Shown: positions 1 to 13,423 of the stretch, one piece after another | Position numbering within the stretch: position 1 is the first letter of the stretch | Layout of the letters: each line of letters starts with the position of its first letter | Source of the DNA: Schmidtea polychroa | Taxonomy: Eukaryota | Length of the DNA stretch: 64,000 bases | Direction: 5' to 3' | Assembly: GCA_044892525.1 (NCBI GenBank) | Contig: CM097885.1 | Span: 18,788,001 to 18,852,000 of the forward strand | Position numbers and translations under genes: made by a program | Notes under the pieces: generated by a model | Seen by the model: only the letters and a program-made list of their open reading frames with translations | Database searches by the model: none | What the model was told of the DNA's origin: nothing

Positions 1-648
1 CAACCATTCCAACTAATCCAACCAATCACGTACAATTGCGGGAGTTTTTAACTCTAGCAATAGAAGAATAAAGAAATAAAAGCTGCAGAATTATTAAGGG
101 TGAGAATTGAATAAAATAAAATTTGACTTTTATTCCATCACTGGAACTATAAATAATATCATTATTCATAACGTAATTATTATTATTTTTATTATTATCA
201 TTGTTAGTATTGGTATTATTATCAATATAGCTAGTATCATCCTTCGTATTATCATTAATAACCCATCTTCCTGGTTACTAAACTTCTCAAAACAGAGTCG
301 TAAGGAACATTATTATTAGGGCTATCATCTTAGTATTATTATTAATCATTATTATTTACCCTATTGTTAATTCATTGTTAATTAGTTAATGCGTAATATA
401 ATATTAATATTAACGATTAAGGATTACCTCTAATACTAAATTTAGTTATATCCTTTTTCATTAACATCCTACCACCAGATAAGAACTAAGTCATAGTAAG
501 TCCCACCCACACACACACATTTAATCCCCAACTACCACCATTTTCGTTTCCTTTCGAACCTTGAAGGTGCTGAGGCATAAATTGAATAGCTACCCTTTGC
601 GGAAAATAGTCGACCTGAATGGTTCACATCTATTAGCAAAAGGTATAT

Positions 649-654
<6 letters not shown>

Positions 655-701
<47 letters not shown>
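655..701. repeat. (TA)n microsatellite
   Basis: Uninterrupted tatata run. Confidence 0.95.
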
Positions 702-704
<3 letters not shown>

Positions 705-3700
705 CTAACTGCGAAATATAACATTATCTATAATCTAAAAAAAAATCAATAAATATATATATTATTGGAACACACCAACTTACATTATTATTATAGGAAT
801 CTAAAAAGTGAGAGAAAATAATTAAGCATACAAACACAGCATACATAATGAAAAATACATACAAAATTAAGTAAAGTGTTTTTCATGCGAAATATACATT
901 GATTAACATATAATTAACATATCAATATTTTCAAATTATTTAAAAAGTTATGTACAAAAAAACTTTTGAATCAGATTCTGACTGCTCTACCTTGAGCTTT
1001 AGGGGAAAAGAAGTAAATACATCGTAAGATTTAATTATAAAATAATTGAGAATATAAAATTTCTTTAGATTTACAGATATTGAAGAAGATCCTTCGACAT
1101 CTTTGAATTTGCAGGAAAAAAATCGCAAATCGTAAATTTTAATAAATTATTTTAACAAATTAATATTTTCATAGAATTACAGAAAAAGACAAAATTCGAT
1201 AGAAGATTACAAAAACTTAAAAAATATTTTATCCATTCTTTACTAAATGTCTTTAAAAAATAAATGTTTGGTGATTACTTTACTTATTTATAATTATAAA
1301 AATATCTAACTTACATTTTTACGAAATAAATCCAAATAAATCCAAATAAAATACCATAAAATTCCTAAAAAACACCTGAAATTTAACTATCAATGTTATA
1401 TATTATCAATATTATAAATGCTGACTAACAGTAATATTTAAGAACTTGAATAATGATCTCATAATTATATAAAATCAAAATTCAAGTCCTAAAAATTACC
1501 TCAATTCAAAAACTTACCTTAAAACGATTTTTGAAAAATTGAAAAAATGAAATTAAGTTAACATTGTCATATAATTGGTGACTCACCTCAGGTGGTGTGC
1601 ACACCAACGTATATTATAGACAATGTTAACTTTCGCGGTTAGGTGTATATATATATATATATATACGTTCACCCAAACGAGTGATGCAATAAACTTACAC
1701 CTCGAAGAATAGCTTCCTTGCTTTTATCAAAAATTTAGTTAGATCGTATTTAATTTTAACATTATTAGATGTTAATGGTCATCGAGGAAATGATAAAATT
1801 TGGATTAACCACTATTTACGAGGTAAAGACGTATTACTATATAAATTCAAAATATAATTTTTACCGATTATTGAAAATTCACAACAAATATAAGATTTTA
1901 TTATAGGAAACATTTTAATCGAAACTCATTGTCTTGATCATCTTCCCAAAACATGACTAAACAGTTTCTTTGGTAATTTCCCCATCGACAACTAAATCGT
2001 GGGAGAACCTTTATAATTTAGTATAAGCAAGAATTATGGAATGATTCACAATTTTTCCTAAACATACTTCTTTCAAAAAATTTCTTAATAAAAATACTTT
2101 ATTCCAGTAGTTATTGATGAGATAGACCTGCGAAGATCCAAGGTTTCAATTAAATGATTTGTTTTTCCTTCATAATTTATCTATTTGTAACCAGTAAACG
2201 TAATAGCGAGTATCCTTACCGAACATTAAATTAGCTTTACTCATGATAGATAACCAACAACTGACATGAATAAGCGTATTAATGATTAATTCAATGAGAC
2301 AAATAAGACCAATGTTTATTGATAATATTCCATGTTGTAAACGGTAGCATAGACTCCAGTTAGTGCCTCGACCAAACTAACACAAATAAACCCTACACGT
2401 CAGCAGAAATCTAGAATATGAACTCCAAACAATATCAAATTCCATATTTATTTGATTCCTCACCAGGGCCTTATCGTCAGTAAGACTTCATTTTGGAACC
2501 CACCCCTCCCTTTACAATCTCCCTTCTCCCGTTGGCGCTTCATCAGCTTATATCCGATTCACGATGCCACCAACAACATCCCCGTCATTGTCCCTTTTGA
2601 TCTCGTTCCTTTTCTGCTAATCCAGTTCGCAGCTGAAACGATCGTGTAAGAATTCGTAGAACCAAACTAAATAGAGTAAATATAAATCATTATTTCATAG
2701 ATGCCTACTATTCTGCAAAGTAAATAGCGTTTTCAGGTCTAGATGTTGATCTCATGCTCAATTTAAAACTCGCCGAATTAAGATTCTTAATCGGACAGCC
2801 AAAGTCACTGTTCGCTTGGCCACTGGGATCGACCATTTTTCGTCAACAACTACGGATTTAGAATCACGATAAGATCGTGACGAGTGAGGTACATGACATC
2901 GTTTAAATAGCAAATCTAAAAACGTAGTAATTATGCAGCCAATAAACCTAACTAAATTGACCTACGAGAATTTATGAGGTAAGGCAATGATTAATCCGAT
3001 TCAAGTTAAGAGCTAAACTGAGATGACCTTTCTAAGTAAATGGCATGTATGTATGCGTGTGCGGTGCTCATGGTTTGGTGTACGATGATATGTGAAATAC
3101 GAAAATGTGAAAGGTGGAAATATAAAACATATGCCCAGTATAATTCAATCAGAGTGTGCGGGTTAGGTATGCGTGTGGTAGGCATTGTACAGAGTGATTC
3201 ACTTGGGTTCGTCGACGAAGGGAATGGTCGATTTGTAACACATTTTCAAGTCACATTTGGATTATGTTGGTGTGTACCAGACTGTTGACTGTATGTGTGT
3301 GTTGTGTATTTGTATATATCCATGGAATGCAAACTGTCTACAATTTGAAATTGTGTTTTAATAGGTTAATTAACTGTCTGGTTGTCATGTGAAGGCCATA
3401 GCGAATTTTCGAAGTGACGTTTTCTTCATATGTGCAACAAAAGTAAATGTCCCTTTGATAATGGTGATGTAAATAACTAAGTGAAATTTGTGGATAGAGG
3501 AAATCTCATTGTATATTCATCATTAAAATAATCAAGAAAATGGAATTAAGGAAAATACCGTTCGCACGGAAATATCCAATTCACCCGCCCTCGCGCCCAC
3601 ACAGGTCTTACAGATAGCAAGAGAAAAAGAACGAACGTACACATACAAATTCCAGAAACTCTCGAGAATGACCACATACTCGGAGTGAATCATGCATACG

Positions 3701-3741
3701 AACTGCACATTTATATCAAGCCCAAATAAATCGATGGTCGG

Positions 3742-4428
3742 TTGACCGCTGCCATCAACCCACGCATAGACACGTCGATGGTTATTATTCAGGAATATAT
3801 AAACCGATTACTGGCTAACAAAATTATCATTTTGCCTAAATCAATGCCAATAGTTAGTAAACTGAAATTTGAATCCAGGATATTGGAAAACAAAGCCGGC
3901 GCATCTGAAGGAGGACGATACCGGGAGTCACAAACGGAGCGTAAGACTGCCCGACAAGCTGTTGAATCCATCATTCGGCCAGGAATCTCCATTCCTCAGC
4001 GCGAATGGCTATGGACAAAAATTCGATCTTGGAATAATGGCCTTCGGTTGGAGGCCAATGGATCGTACAACAGAGCTCATCATGACAAGGCGACAGTGGC
4101 GGACGAGCGGCCAATGATAGTGCTCAAGAGGAAGCCAACACTAAACCCAGCTTGAGAGGCCCGCATGCAAGCGCGATACAAAGTCAAGACAGGCCCTCGC
4201 TCGGCTCGAACTGAAGATCAAAACCGGATCATCGAAGATACTGTCGGAGAACATCTGAGCGTCTATGATGAAGAGTGGATGCGGGATTTTGCCAGCTCCA
4301 GGATCGGAAAAAAGAAATTCTCCATTCAATCGCTTGGACCTATGAACAGCCTCCTCGGAAGCGCGGGCGACCCCCAAAGTAATTTTCCAGCAAACGATTC
4401 CAGGAGTTGTTGTGGTACCATTTGTTAG
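3742..4428 (+). pseudogene. Degraded GC-richer ORF of unknown function, probably TE-derived
   Basis: ORFs 3742-4155 and 4165-4428 are in the same frame, separated by one TGA. GC content is above the flanks. No recognisable domain. Confidence 0.3.
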
Positions 4429-5176
4429 TTTTAATAAATCATTAGCAGTAGTTGAAATGAGTTTTTTTGATTTTTGGTAATAATGAGTATGTGTGAATAC
4501 ATCGGCAGTGATTTAAAAATTCTTTTTGTTGCGCTGGCAGTGGCCTAGGTCGAGAGATAATAGGATCATGCTGAATAGAATTAGAAATTGTTATTCATCG
4601 ATCTTTTAAATTTTGTTCCCATCTGAAAGAATAATAATACACTGCCATAAATAATACCAAGTTTATATTTCAATTAGTATTCGAATTATGCTAATCAGAA
4701 TTAACATCTAAATTTCTTTACTCTACTTGATGTGTTTTCAATTTGGACCCTGAATTAAATGGTTTTGAGGAAATAATTAAAACTCCAGAAATAATGAAAC
4801 TGTACCAAAACAAGATAATGATAGCAGTAAAAATTTCCAGGACATCATAGCTAAGAAAAACTCCCGCTGTTTTCAATATTTTGGCGAAACCAAACATAAA
4901 AATAACGGTCCACACGTATTTGATAAGTGATAATCCGGTGTATCCATTTTGTTATCTAAAACCAATCATTAGTTTTTGACAAAAATAAACCAACTAAGGG
5001 TATAGAAATCAAAACTAAATTAACAAAAAAAGGAATCACATAAAGTCAACTACCCTGAAATAAAAGTTAATCATTAATAAATTGATTCAATAAATCTAGA
5101 GGCCATGTTCGTAAATAGTCAGGCAAATAATTGGAAACTCGTAACATGTGTACTAAATTAAATTAATAAATAGTTA

Positions 5177-5394
5177 CCGTATATACTCGCGTATAAGTCG
5201 AGTAAATTTTAAGAGGTTTTTAAGTCCTAAATTGGAAACCCGCGTATAAATCGAAGTAACAAAAATAAAAAAAAGGTTTAATGATTTCATTAAAAATTAA
5301 TTTGTACGTTTTTTGACCCGCGTATAAGTCGAAGTGGCTATTTTGACTTGAAAATTTGACGTAAATTTCTCGACTTATACGCGAGTATATACGG
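5177..5394. mobile_element. Tc1/mariner-pogo-type MITE
   Basis: TIR CCGTATATACTCGCGTATAAGTCGAG ... CTCGACTTATACGCGAGTATATACGG, with TA on both sides. Confidence 0.9.
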
Positions 5395-6191
5395 TAGGTT
5401 GATATGACAATGATTTGAGGGTAACCTACGTTTCATTTCCGAGACGTCAAATCATACCCTACGCTAACCGCTCCGTTCAGTCTGTATGGGGATGTGTCAT
5501 TCTTCCGATCATTTTCAAAGGCCATCGTCACACTCCGAATAATATTTTGATGCTATATACACCTAGATACGCATACCTATGTCTATATATTTCAAATGTT
5601 TAAAAATGTTGTAATTTAAACTTAACATATGATTTGATTTTCATTCGACAAAGATTGATGGATGAACGAATTGTTAGACAGGGTTCCATGGATTTTTAAT
5701 GATAGAGGTCAAATTAAATTTAAAAACAAAATTCCTTCGTACCCAGACGAGTTAATTTTAGTTAATTGGAATTTTTATTTCCTTTAAGTATTTTACCTCG
5801 ATTTAATTCCTGAATTTGAAACTAATATGAATTATCTGGTTTAAATACACCATTGCGTAAATTAAAATAGTAGATTATTATTATTTATAATTCGAAAGCC
5901 ATTTTAATGATATTCGAGCAGTATAATGCCCTTCTACTGGAAAATTCAATTTTGTCGGTGATTGTCGAGCTGCTAGTACCCCGCTATACGTGTATGTGCT
6001 CACCTCGCCTTCACTAAGCAAGATTGCATGCTACAGTTTATTCATCGACCACAGGGCCATCATATAAGTGTTGTCATCAGTACAAATGATATTTTGATAC
6101 TTTCAAAAATAGCTCATTAAGATCTTCGTATGGCTTGGGTGGAAATTTAGAATTATTCGCTGACTTCAAATATTTACCTAATTCCATGTTA

Positions 6192-6304
6192 CCGTATATA
6201 CTCGCGTATAAGTCAAGAAATTTACGTCAAATTTTCAAGTCAAAATAGCCACTTCGGCTTATACGCGGGTCAAAAAACGTACAAATTAATTTTTAATGAA
6301 ATCA
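6192..6304. mobile_element. Truncated inverted copy of the 5177-5394 MITE
   Basis: Near-identical reverse complement of ~5283-5394; one TIR only. Confidence 0.85.
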
Positions 6305-6583
6305 GAACATTATCGACCGAGAACTAACTAGACAATACCGACCGGTTAAGCAACAACAAGCGTCTAAGAGGGAAAAAACGCCACAGAAAAGCCCAACGAG
6401 TACGGCTTAAGGCATGCAAAAAGTTGATCGCGGTCAAAGAACAGGCATAATGATTTTTGTGATTCTTTTGATTTCCTCGGGATAATATAAATTTGTGTTG
6501 GACATTTATTTTTGTTCATTAATAGGGTAGTAAGAGCAAATGATAATTGAAAATCATTATGGAAGAAGAACCTAAATGAAAGT

Positions 6584-6792
6584 CAGACACAGATCTTTTA
6601 TCGACAGTCCGCGAACTCGCTTGAGTACTTGCCGATTATAGTGTACAAAGATACGCTCACTTTTCACTGGTACTCACCCACTCGATGCAGTTCCAACGTT
6701 GATCCCTCAACGAGTATCAAGAGGTACAGCATCATTGTATTCTGTGTTACGATGGAAACAACACCAAAGGGTAAAATGTGAATTACCCACCA
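6584..6792 (-). ncRNA. Candidate structured RNA element, copy C
   Basis: Homologous to 25409-25628 and 60383-60595. CGTTGA-GGGA-TCAACG hairpin and TGAGTAC/GTACTCA stem on the minus strand. Confidence 0.55.
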
Positions 6793-7916
6793 GAAGGACT
6801 CATGTCATTTCCCATATCTATCTCGGTTATATCTCCGGGAATCTTTTGCTAATTACATACACATATATGACCTTTTGCTTTGAACAAACCACGAGAAACT
6901 ATTTTGATACGAAACAAACATTTACTCATCTAACATTCTTCTTCATAAAACGTAAAAATATAAGAAATTCATCTCAAATTTTTATTTTTAAGACAAATCA
7001 CATGCCCCTATGTGCAAATCTAACATCTCATCAATGTCAACGTTCTAAGATGGCGGTATTGGTTTCACTAAGTTAGTGACCTTCTGCTTCCCGGTTATAC
7101 TTTCGGTTATGTTTCCATCTGTGTCACAATTATGCACTCACCTTGTGCGTTTCCCCGACTGGGTTTACTGGCTTTCTTAGACATGGACCGATTTGTTAAT
7201 AACAGTGCCTGTGAAAAATCTGGAAGAGTTTTCAATTTAAAACATACAAACACGTTCCACAACTTTATCTTTTACAAAAAAAGTATAGGACGCACCATAC
7301 AACATAGAATATCACATAACACTCATGGAGTTTGCAAATTTGAATTTAAAGCGCAATTCGTATATGAATTTTCATTTATAAATCCTCAGTATATAAAAGA
7401 CATTGTTATTTAATTATATAATACAACCAGTGCACGTTGGGACTCTTAGTATTTGTTTGAGACCTCAACATAATTGCATTGCGCATGTATCTATTTAGTC
7501 TTATATTTTAAGGGTGACTTCATATATTTAATGTCTCAATAATATTTCAAGTTCCAAACTGCAATAAAGATTGTTTTAAAGATTGATTCAAATGACGGAG
7601 GTCAAGGAACGACTCTAAGCAAATATATGCCAACTGACACAAACCTGCAGAACCCTTATAAGAGAATTAATGGAGAGTAGTTTTGGCAACAAAGTTCACC
7701 CGCTAATTTGTTCCCAAACACGTCACACATTTTGTAGCGATTGTCAAATGAAACAGTTTCATAACTTCAACAAACATTTTTTGAGAAGTTGGATCCATCT
7801 TTACATTCCTAGCTTTAGATGACTGTAATAATTATTATTTATCATCGTGTTGAGTAAAAACAAAAAATATATAATTCATCTTGCATTTTACATAATTTTT
7901 CATGTAAAAAATTAAC

Positions 7917-8430
7917 TCAAAAACATTTGACTCTGAGAGAAATTATGATTAAAGAGAAATATAAAAGAAATATTTCGAATTTTTCATTTTTTGTCAGCTT
8001 CTCACTCCCGTTGCAGAGGTCAAAATAACAACATTTCACATAGATCAGAGTGTCTTGATCCAAAAAATATTGATTACAAAATAGATGATAAACTTGAGAA
8101 GGATCTATCTTAGGTCTTATACAATCCAGCCAACGGTTTTCGTCTCGCTCATAAACTGTCGTGATCTGTGTCAGGGACCCGAGTATAATAAGAGAATCGG
8201 AAAAAGAAAAATTTACCACACATCCGGTACACTGTTGGTACAATACTACAGATTTATTGGAATGGTAACCATAGCAACGAAATCCTAATTTATTTTCATC
8301 TTTTAACTGTTCATCTTACACATCTTACCTGGTTTTAATTTCGTTGTAGTTCTTGGCGTTGACATTTTAGTAGTTGAAATGGTGGATGGAGGCTTTGTCG
8401 TTGTAAAGCTCAGACAATCTGGTTTCCTGC
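7917..8430 (-). CDS. 3' exons (8430-8329, 8284-7917) of a gene for a Thr-rich stalk + Ly6/uPAR (three-finger)-like domain + GPI-type hydrophobic tail; 5' exons not resolved
   Basis: Spliced read RKPDCLSFTTTKPPSTISTTKMSTPRTTTKLKPG-FRCYGYH...CTGC...CCYFDLCN + hydrophobic C-terminus. 44-nt GT-AG intron at 8285-8328. Confidence 0.7.
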
Positions 8431-8767
8431 CTAAAATGATGAAGCAGCTTTTATGTTTATGAAATTCTATTTTAATAACAAAAACTTTTTTTTCTCAATA
8501 TCCTTTATTTTTATTTCTTTTTAAACTATCGATCAATATTTTGTTTAATATTTAACACAAATTTTTGATGCATCTCTTTTCAAGAGTTTTCATAAATGTT
8601 AGCTTTTTCTGATGATATGAAATTAACACCTTAATCGACATGCCAGTTGTACATTTCTGACTCACCAATTTAATAAATTTCATTTCTCAAAATTTATTTT
8701 AGCCAATTTTGAAATGGTAAGATGTTTAATTTTAAGTAAATTTTAAAACTTGAATTTTGATCATTAT

Positions 8768-10506
8768 TAGGGCAACCCATTGCAACTTTTTGCAACTTTT
8801 TGCAACTTTTGCAACTTTTGACATTTTTTGGAAATTTTTTGATTTAAAAATTATATATTCATATATAGATTTTTTGATTTAAAAATTATATATTCATATA
8901 TAGATTTTTAATTTTTTTACCATGAAAAATAATTCGAACATTAGAAAATACTGTGCATTATACAATAAGGAGTTTGTAATGGCCCCAAACGATCAGTTGT
9001 ACTGCAATCTGTGTTCTAAAACAGTCGACCACAAAAGAAAATATACGATTGAAAAACACCGAAGAAGTCTTAAGCATTCCACCTTATTATCCCAATTAAA
9101 TAGCGAAGAACCCGCTAAACAAGACTTTATAAGCGTGAAGAAGAGCGAATTTCTTGAAATATTAACAACCGCGTTAATATCAATCGATCTGCCGCTTCAC
9201 AAACTACGAAATAATAGTCTCAAAAGGCTCTTTTATTTCATGACCTATCCACTTCCATCTGAATCGAGTATGCGAAGATACATTATTCAAAATACATACC
9301 CAGCAGTTTTGAATAAATTGAAAGATTATGTCAAAAACAAAGAAATATTTCTTGTTGTGGATGAAACTTCAATCAACTTAGAAAAATACGCCATGGTATT
9401 AATAGGAACAATCGAATCTCCTAAAGTTGTTTACGCGGCCAATTTAATACACCTGAAAGCTCCGATAACCCACCAAATTGTAGTCAACATTATAAATGAA
9501 ACATTTGATATTCTTGAAATTGAAAGTAAACAATTTTTGCTGTTGTTAAGCGACGATGCTAGCTACATGCGAAAAGCAGCCGATCATTTAAAAATCGTGC
9601 ATCCAAACCTTTTCTCAATTAAATGTATTGCGCACCTAATTCATAATTGTGCAATGCGGTTAAAAATTCACTACAAAGATGCTGATAATATGATTTCTGC
9701 GATTAAGTCAATAACGGCAAAAAATAAAGAAAATAAAAGAATTCTTTCTAAGGCAGGCAATATTCCAGATGTTATTGTAACACGATGGTCAAGTTGGCTT
9801 GGCGCTGCATTAATTTATTCTAAAATACTGCCAGAAATAAAATTACATTTCAAGGAAATAACTCAAAAGGCAATATTGATCGAAAATGCGAAAACGGCTA
9901 TTTTTAAAGAAACTATAACAAAAGAGTTGGAAGAAATATTTAATTGTTACAGGGGGTTAGTTGTATTGGCTGATGAGCTTGAAGATTCAAAACATTCAAT
10001 TGAAAGTGCATTTAAAAGAATAAATGAATTCGACTTCAAAGACGACCCATGTAATTTGAAATCTTATATTCAGGAAAGAATGTTTAAAAACGACTTAAAC
10101 AACATTTTGGAGTTGTCTAACGACAAAATTTCGCCAGCAACATATTCTCAGTTAAAAAATTGCCAGCCAACGTCAATTGACGTGGAAAGGAGCTTTTCAA
10201 TGCTGAAAAGAATGTTAAGAGAGGACAGGAATTATAACGGAAATAATATTCCGTATTACTTTATCTGCTATTTCAATTCAGTTGATGAATAAAAACAATT
10301 TGATCCGAAACATTAGACCAAAGAATTATCAAGAATTTTTGCTTGTTTTCCCGTTTACAAAGGAATTCTACTTTAATGATTTTATATTTATATTTTGTAG
10401 TAAATAATAAAAAATTTAATATTATTTTATAGTCAGCTTTTATTGCAACTTTTGCAACTTTTTAAGTTTTTTTGCAACTTTTTTTTGCAACTTTTGGGTT
10501 GCCCTA
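8768..10506 (+). mobile_element. Intact hAT DNA transposon (1739 bp)
   Basis: 12-bp TIR TAGGGCAACCCA; 8-bp TSD ATCATTAT (8760-8767, 10507-10514); subterminal TGCAACTTTT repeats. Confidence 0.95.
8922..10292 (+). CDS. hAT-family transposase, uninterrupted 456 aa
   Basis: N-terminal CxxC..H..H finger; VVDETS, LLSDDASYM, CIAH, TRW and VERSFS motifs. Confidence 0.9.
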   Translation: MKNNSNIRKYCALYNKEFVMAPNDQLYCNLCSKTVDHKRKYTIEKHRRSLKHSTLLSQLNSEEPAKQDFISVKKSEFLEILTTALISIDLPLHKLRNNSLKRLFYFMTYPLPSESSMRRYIIQNTYPAVLNKLKDYVKNKEIFLVVDETSINLEKYAMVLIGTIESPKVVYAANLIHLKAPITHQIVVNIINETFDILEIESKQFLLLLSDDASYMRKAADHLKIVHPNLFSIKCIAHLIHNCAMRLKIHYKDADNMISAIKSITAKNKENKRILSKAGNIPDVIVTRWSSWLGAALIYSKILPEIKLHFKEITQKAILIENAKTAIFKETITKELEEIFNCYRGLVVLADELEDSKHSIESAFKRINEFDFKDDPCNLKSYIQERMFKNDLNNILELSNDKISPATYSQLKNCQPTSIDVERSFSMLKRMLREDRNYNGNNIPYYFICYFNSVDE

Positions 10507-13423
10507 ATCATTATTCAAGTTCTTAAATATTACTTTCAGTCAAAATTTGTGTTATAAATTATTTTAAATTAATTTTCCCGTTTTTAGGAATTTTATGAAA
10601 TTTATTTTATAATTATTTTGGAATTATTTGATAAAATGTAAGCCAGATATATTTTTAATTATAATTAAATTATTAAATCAATCGCCAAAAATGTATTTTT
10701 TTAAAATATTTCTAAAAGAAATATCAGAAATTCTAATGAATATTTACCTAAATTATAACTCAAAAATAATTCATACGATATTTCGTTATTTTCATGACAA
10801 TTTAACGTAGTTTGTTTAAAAATATATATTTAAAAACATTTTCAGCGATCATTTTCTTTTCTCAAAATTGTCTGAAATAAAGTTATTATAGAAACATGAG
10901 TGGCGCATTTCTGTGAATCGAAAGTTTGTATGTGTTTTTTAGTATGTGATGTGTTTATGTGCAGTATTCATTTTTCTTCCACTTTTTAGATTTCTATAGT
11001 GTAAGATATATCTCATTGCACTATCAATGAGAACATCAGCGTGGATTCTAAGTAGGTATGTATGTTTCTATAATGTAAGACTATTGATTTTTTTCTTATA
11101 TTATAAGAAACGTATCTCAGCGGTGTTTAGTGTATTAAGTTTAACAATTGAAAATGAGATTTTGAAGTAAATTCACAAAACACGAGGAATTAACATTTAC
11201 AATATTTAAACAAATATTTAATCAAATTCATTGTATTTTATAATTACTAAATTTAAATCTTTGGTTGATGACATTTCTCATTGAAATTAAATGTATTAAA
11301 ATCATAAAAAAATTATAAAATAATTATAATAACGCTTGTCCACAGAGTTCCGCATGAAAAACTGATTGGCTCTATAACAAGAGATTGCAATGGGACACAA
11401 TACAACGTAGTAGGTATTTTCCCTCAAAGTTCCATTTCTGATGTCTATTCCGGTAATGCCTCGGTAATTAAACTGATAATCGGCTATACACATTGGTATA
11501 TCATAAATATAGTCTGCCAATTGCTTGGTTGGGATGAAGGAGTACTGAATTGTGTATCATTTATAAATTTTATCTTAGAATATTAGTAATTATAGCTATT
11601 TTTGCATTCATTAAATACCTCTTTATATTTTTATGTACACCTAGTTTCATTCGATTGCATTTTTAGAGTACCTTTGATACGTACACAACATACCTTAACA
11701 ATTTTTATATGTCAGCCATTTTGAGGTAATTTTATGTAAATCTATTTTAAAGTTAACATTTGTATTTCCTCAATATAATGTTGGGCTGAAAAGAAAGATT
11801 TTTCTTTCACTTATTTTCTTTCTATTTAATCTGACAGGTAATAGGGTAACTGAGATGATCCACATAACATAGAAAAATCAAGCGGAAAATTTAATTTATC
11901 TTAAAAACACCAACTAAAACACAAGTAGAAACAAAAGAATAATCAAAACAAAAATAATAAATAATTAACAGTAAGCAGTTGCACACGAAACACATTTCTA
12001 AAGCATACAAATAATAAGAATCGCCGAAAAGAGACGCATGAAATAGCAAAAACATATTATCTTTACTCATCGAGTAAGAGTAATGTTCCAAGGCGATCCT
12101 TCGATTAATGAAATAAAATAGAAAAGAAAAGAATTAACCTAAAAACAAACAATTTAAACAAAACAAAATGGAAAACGAACCAATCAAAATGATTGGAATT
12201 TTGGATAAAAATATAATTAAAAATCGAACTAGAAACACACATCCTCGATTTTGATTGGTCGAAGGTAGACATAAAATAGTATATAAAAAGTCATCTCAGA
12301 AGCCACAAAAACTACAAAACCCATTTTCCGAAAGGAGCTATTCTGCAACTATTTTGTTGAAAACTTTTTCGATTAACTACCTTTTTACAGTTTATTTTTA
12401 AACCTGAACCACATTTTACCAGAAATCATTTCTATAAGTGTACTAGCAGAACTACTGCTTCAGTTATCTCTTACGAGTTCAAGGAAACCAGTTTATATTT
12501 TACAGTCAATTGTTGTTTCAACTGTACAGCAAACTCTAGTGGATACTTGTTCAGGATAGTTACATCTCGCGTTGGAAAGATTCCCAAGCTTTTGCTGATT
12601 TTTGTCCTATTGATTGTCTCAGACTGACGTGGATTGTTTTTCTTGCGAAATCAGGATCTTGTAATAAAGGTAAAGATTTTATACTTTGAAGGTATCATAT
12701 GATAATGATGTTTAATATTAGCATTGTACATTTTAATTTAAAAATTAAATGATTTAATCATATGATATTTCATTCTCCCTCCTTGCTATTGAATTTTGTG
12801 AATTTTTAAATTCCTTTAGTTATGACATTTTGTGATTTTAATTTAATGAATTTTATACATGCATTTATGAACTAACTAGGAGAGTAGGCACAGTGGAATG
12901 GTAATGACGCAGGTAAGAGTTGCTTCTTCGCCGGCCCGACCACCCTGATTGATAACTAGCAGCAGGTTGACACCAAATAGAGCTCTTACCAGGGATCTGG
13001 TTGGGATCGCCATTGAGGTTGTTTCATTTTTATTTAGAACAAAGAGTATTTTATTTTCATTTCAATTAATACAAACATCTAGATCGGGCACAACCGTCAC
13101 CACAATCCGAGAAAAGCTACACCCGAATAGCAAATTTTCTTTTGACATTTGAACTTGTAGGAAGAGATGCCACGTGACCCAGGATTCCAACCCGAACACC
13201 ACGACGGCCGAAAGATCAGCACCTAATGTCACGCCCCTTAGAATCACTCATATCCGCGCACCATCTCGCGTCAGACGTTTCTTGGGCTGTTCTTCAACGA
13301 CACCACTCAATCCCAACCCAGTCGTCATAAAGTCGACCGAACCCCAATAAAAACCTTCTGTGATCGACCTGACTGCAATTACCCCAGAACCCGTACGACG
13401 GAAACCCCAGGCAAGAACCTCAC

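Noticed and set aside
107..319. Ile-rich ORF (also 43203-43388, 44606-44797, 44682-44924)
   Set aside because: Translations of (ATT/AAT)n low-complexity DNA.
11302..11545. Possible upstream (kringle-like C..YRG) exon of the Ly6-like gene
   Set aside because: Acceptor present, but no convincing donor or complete Cys pattern.
11779..12720. Possible solo LTR (TGTTGGG start, TATA-like and AATAAA motifs)
   Set aside because: No matching 3' terminus or TSD could be identified.
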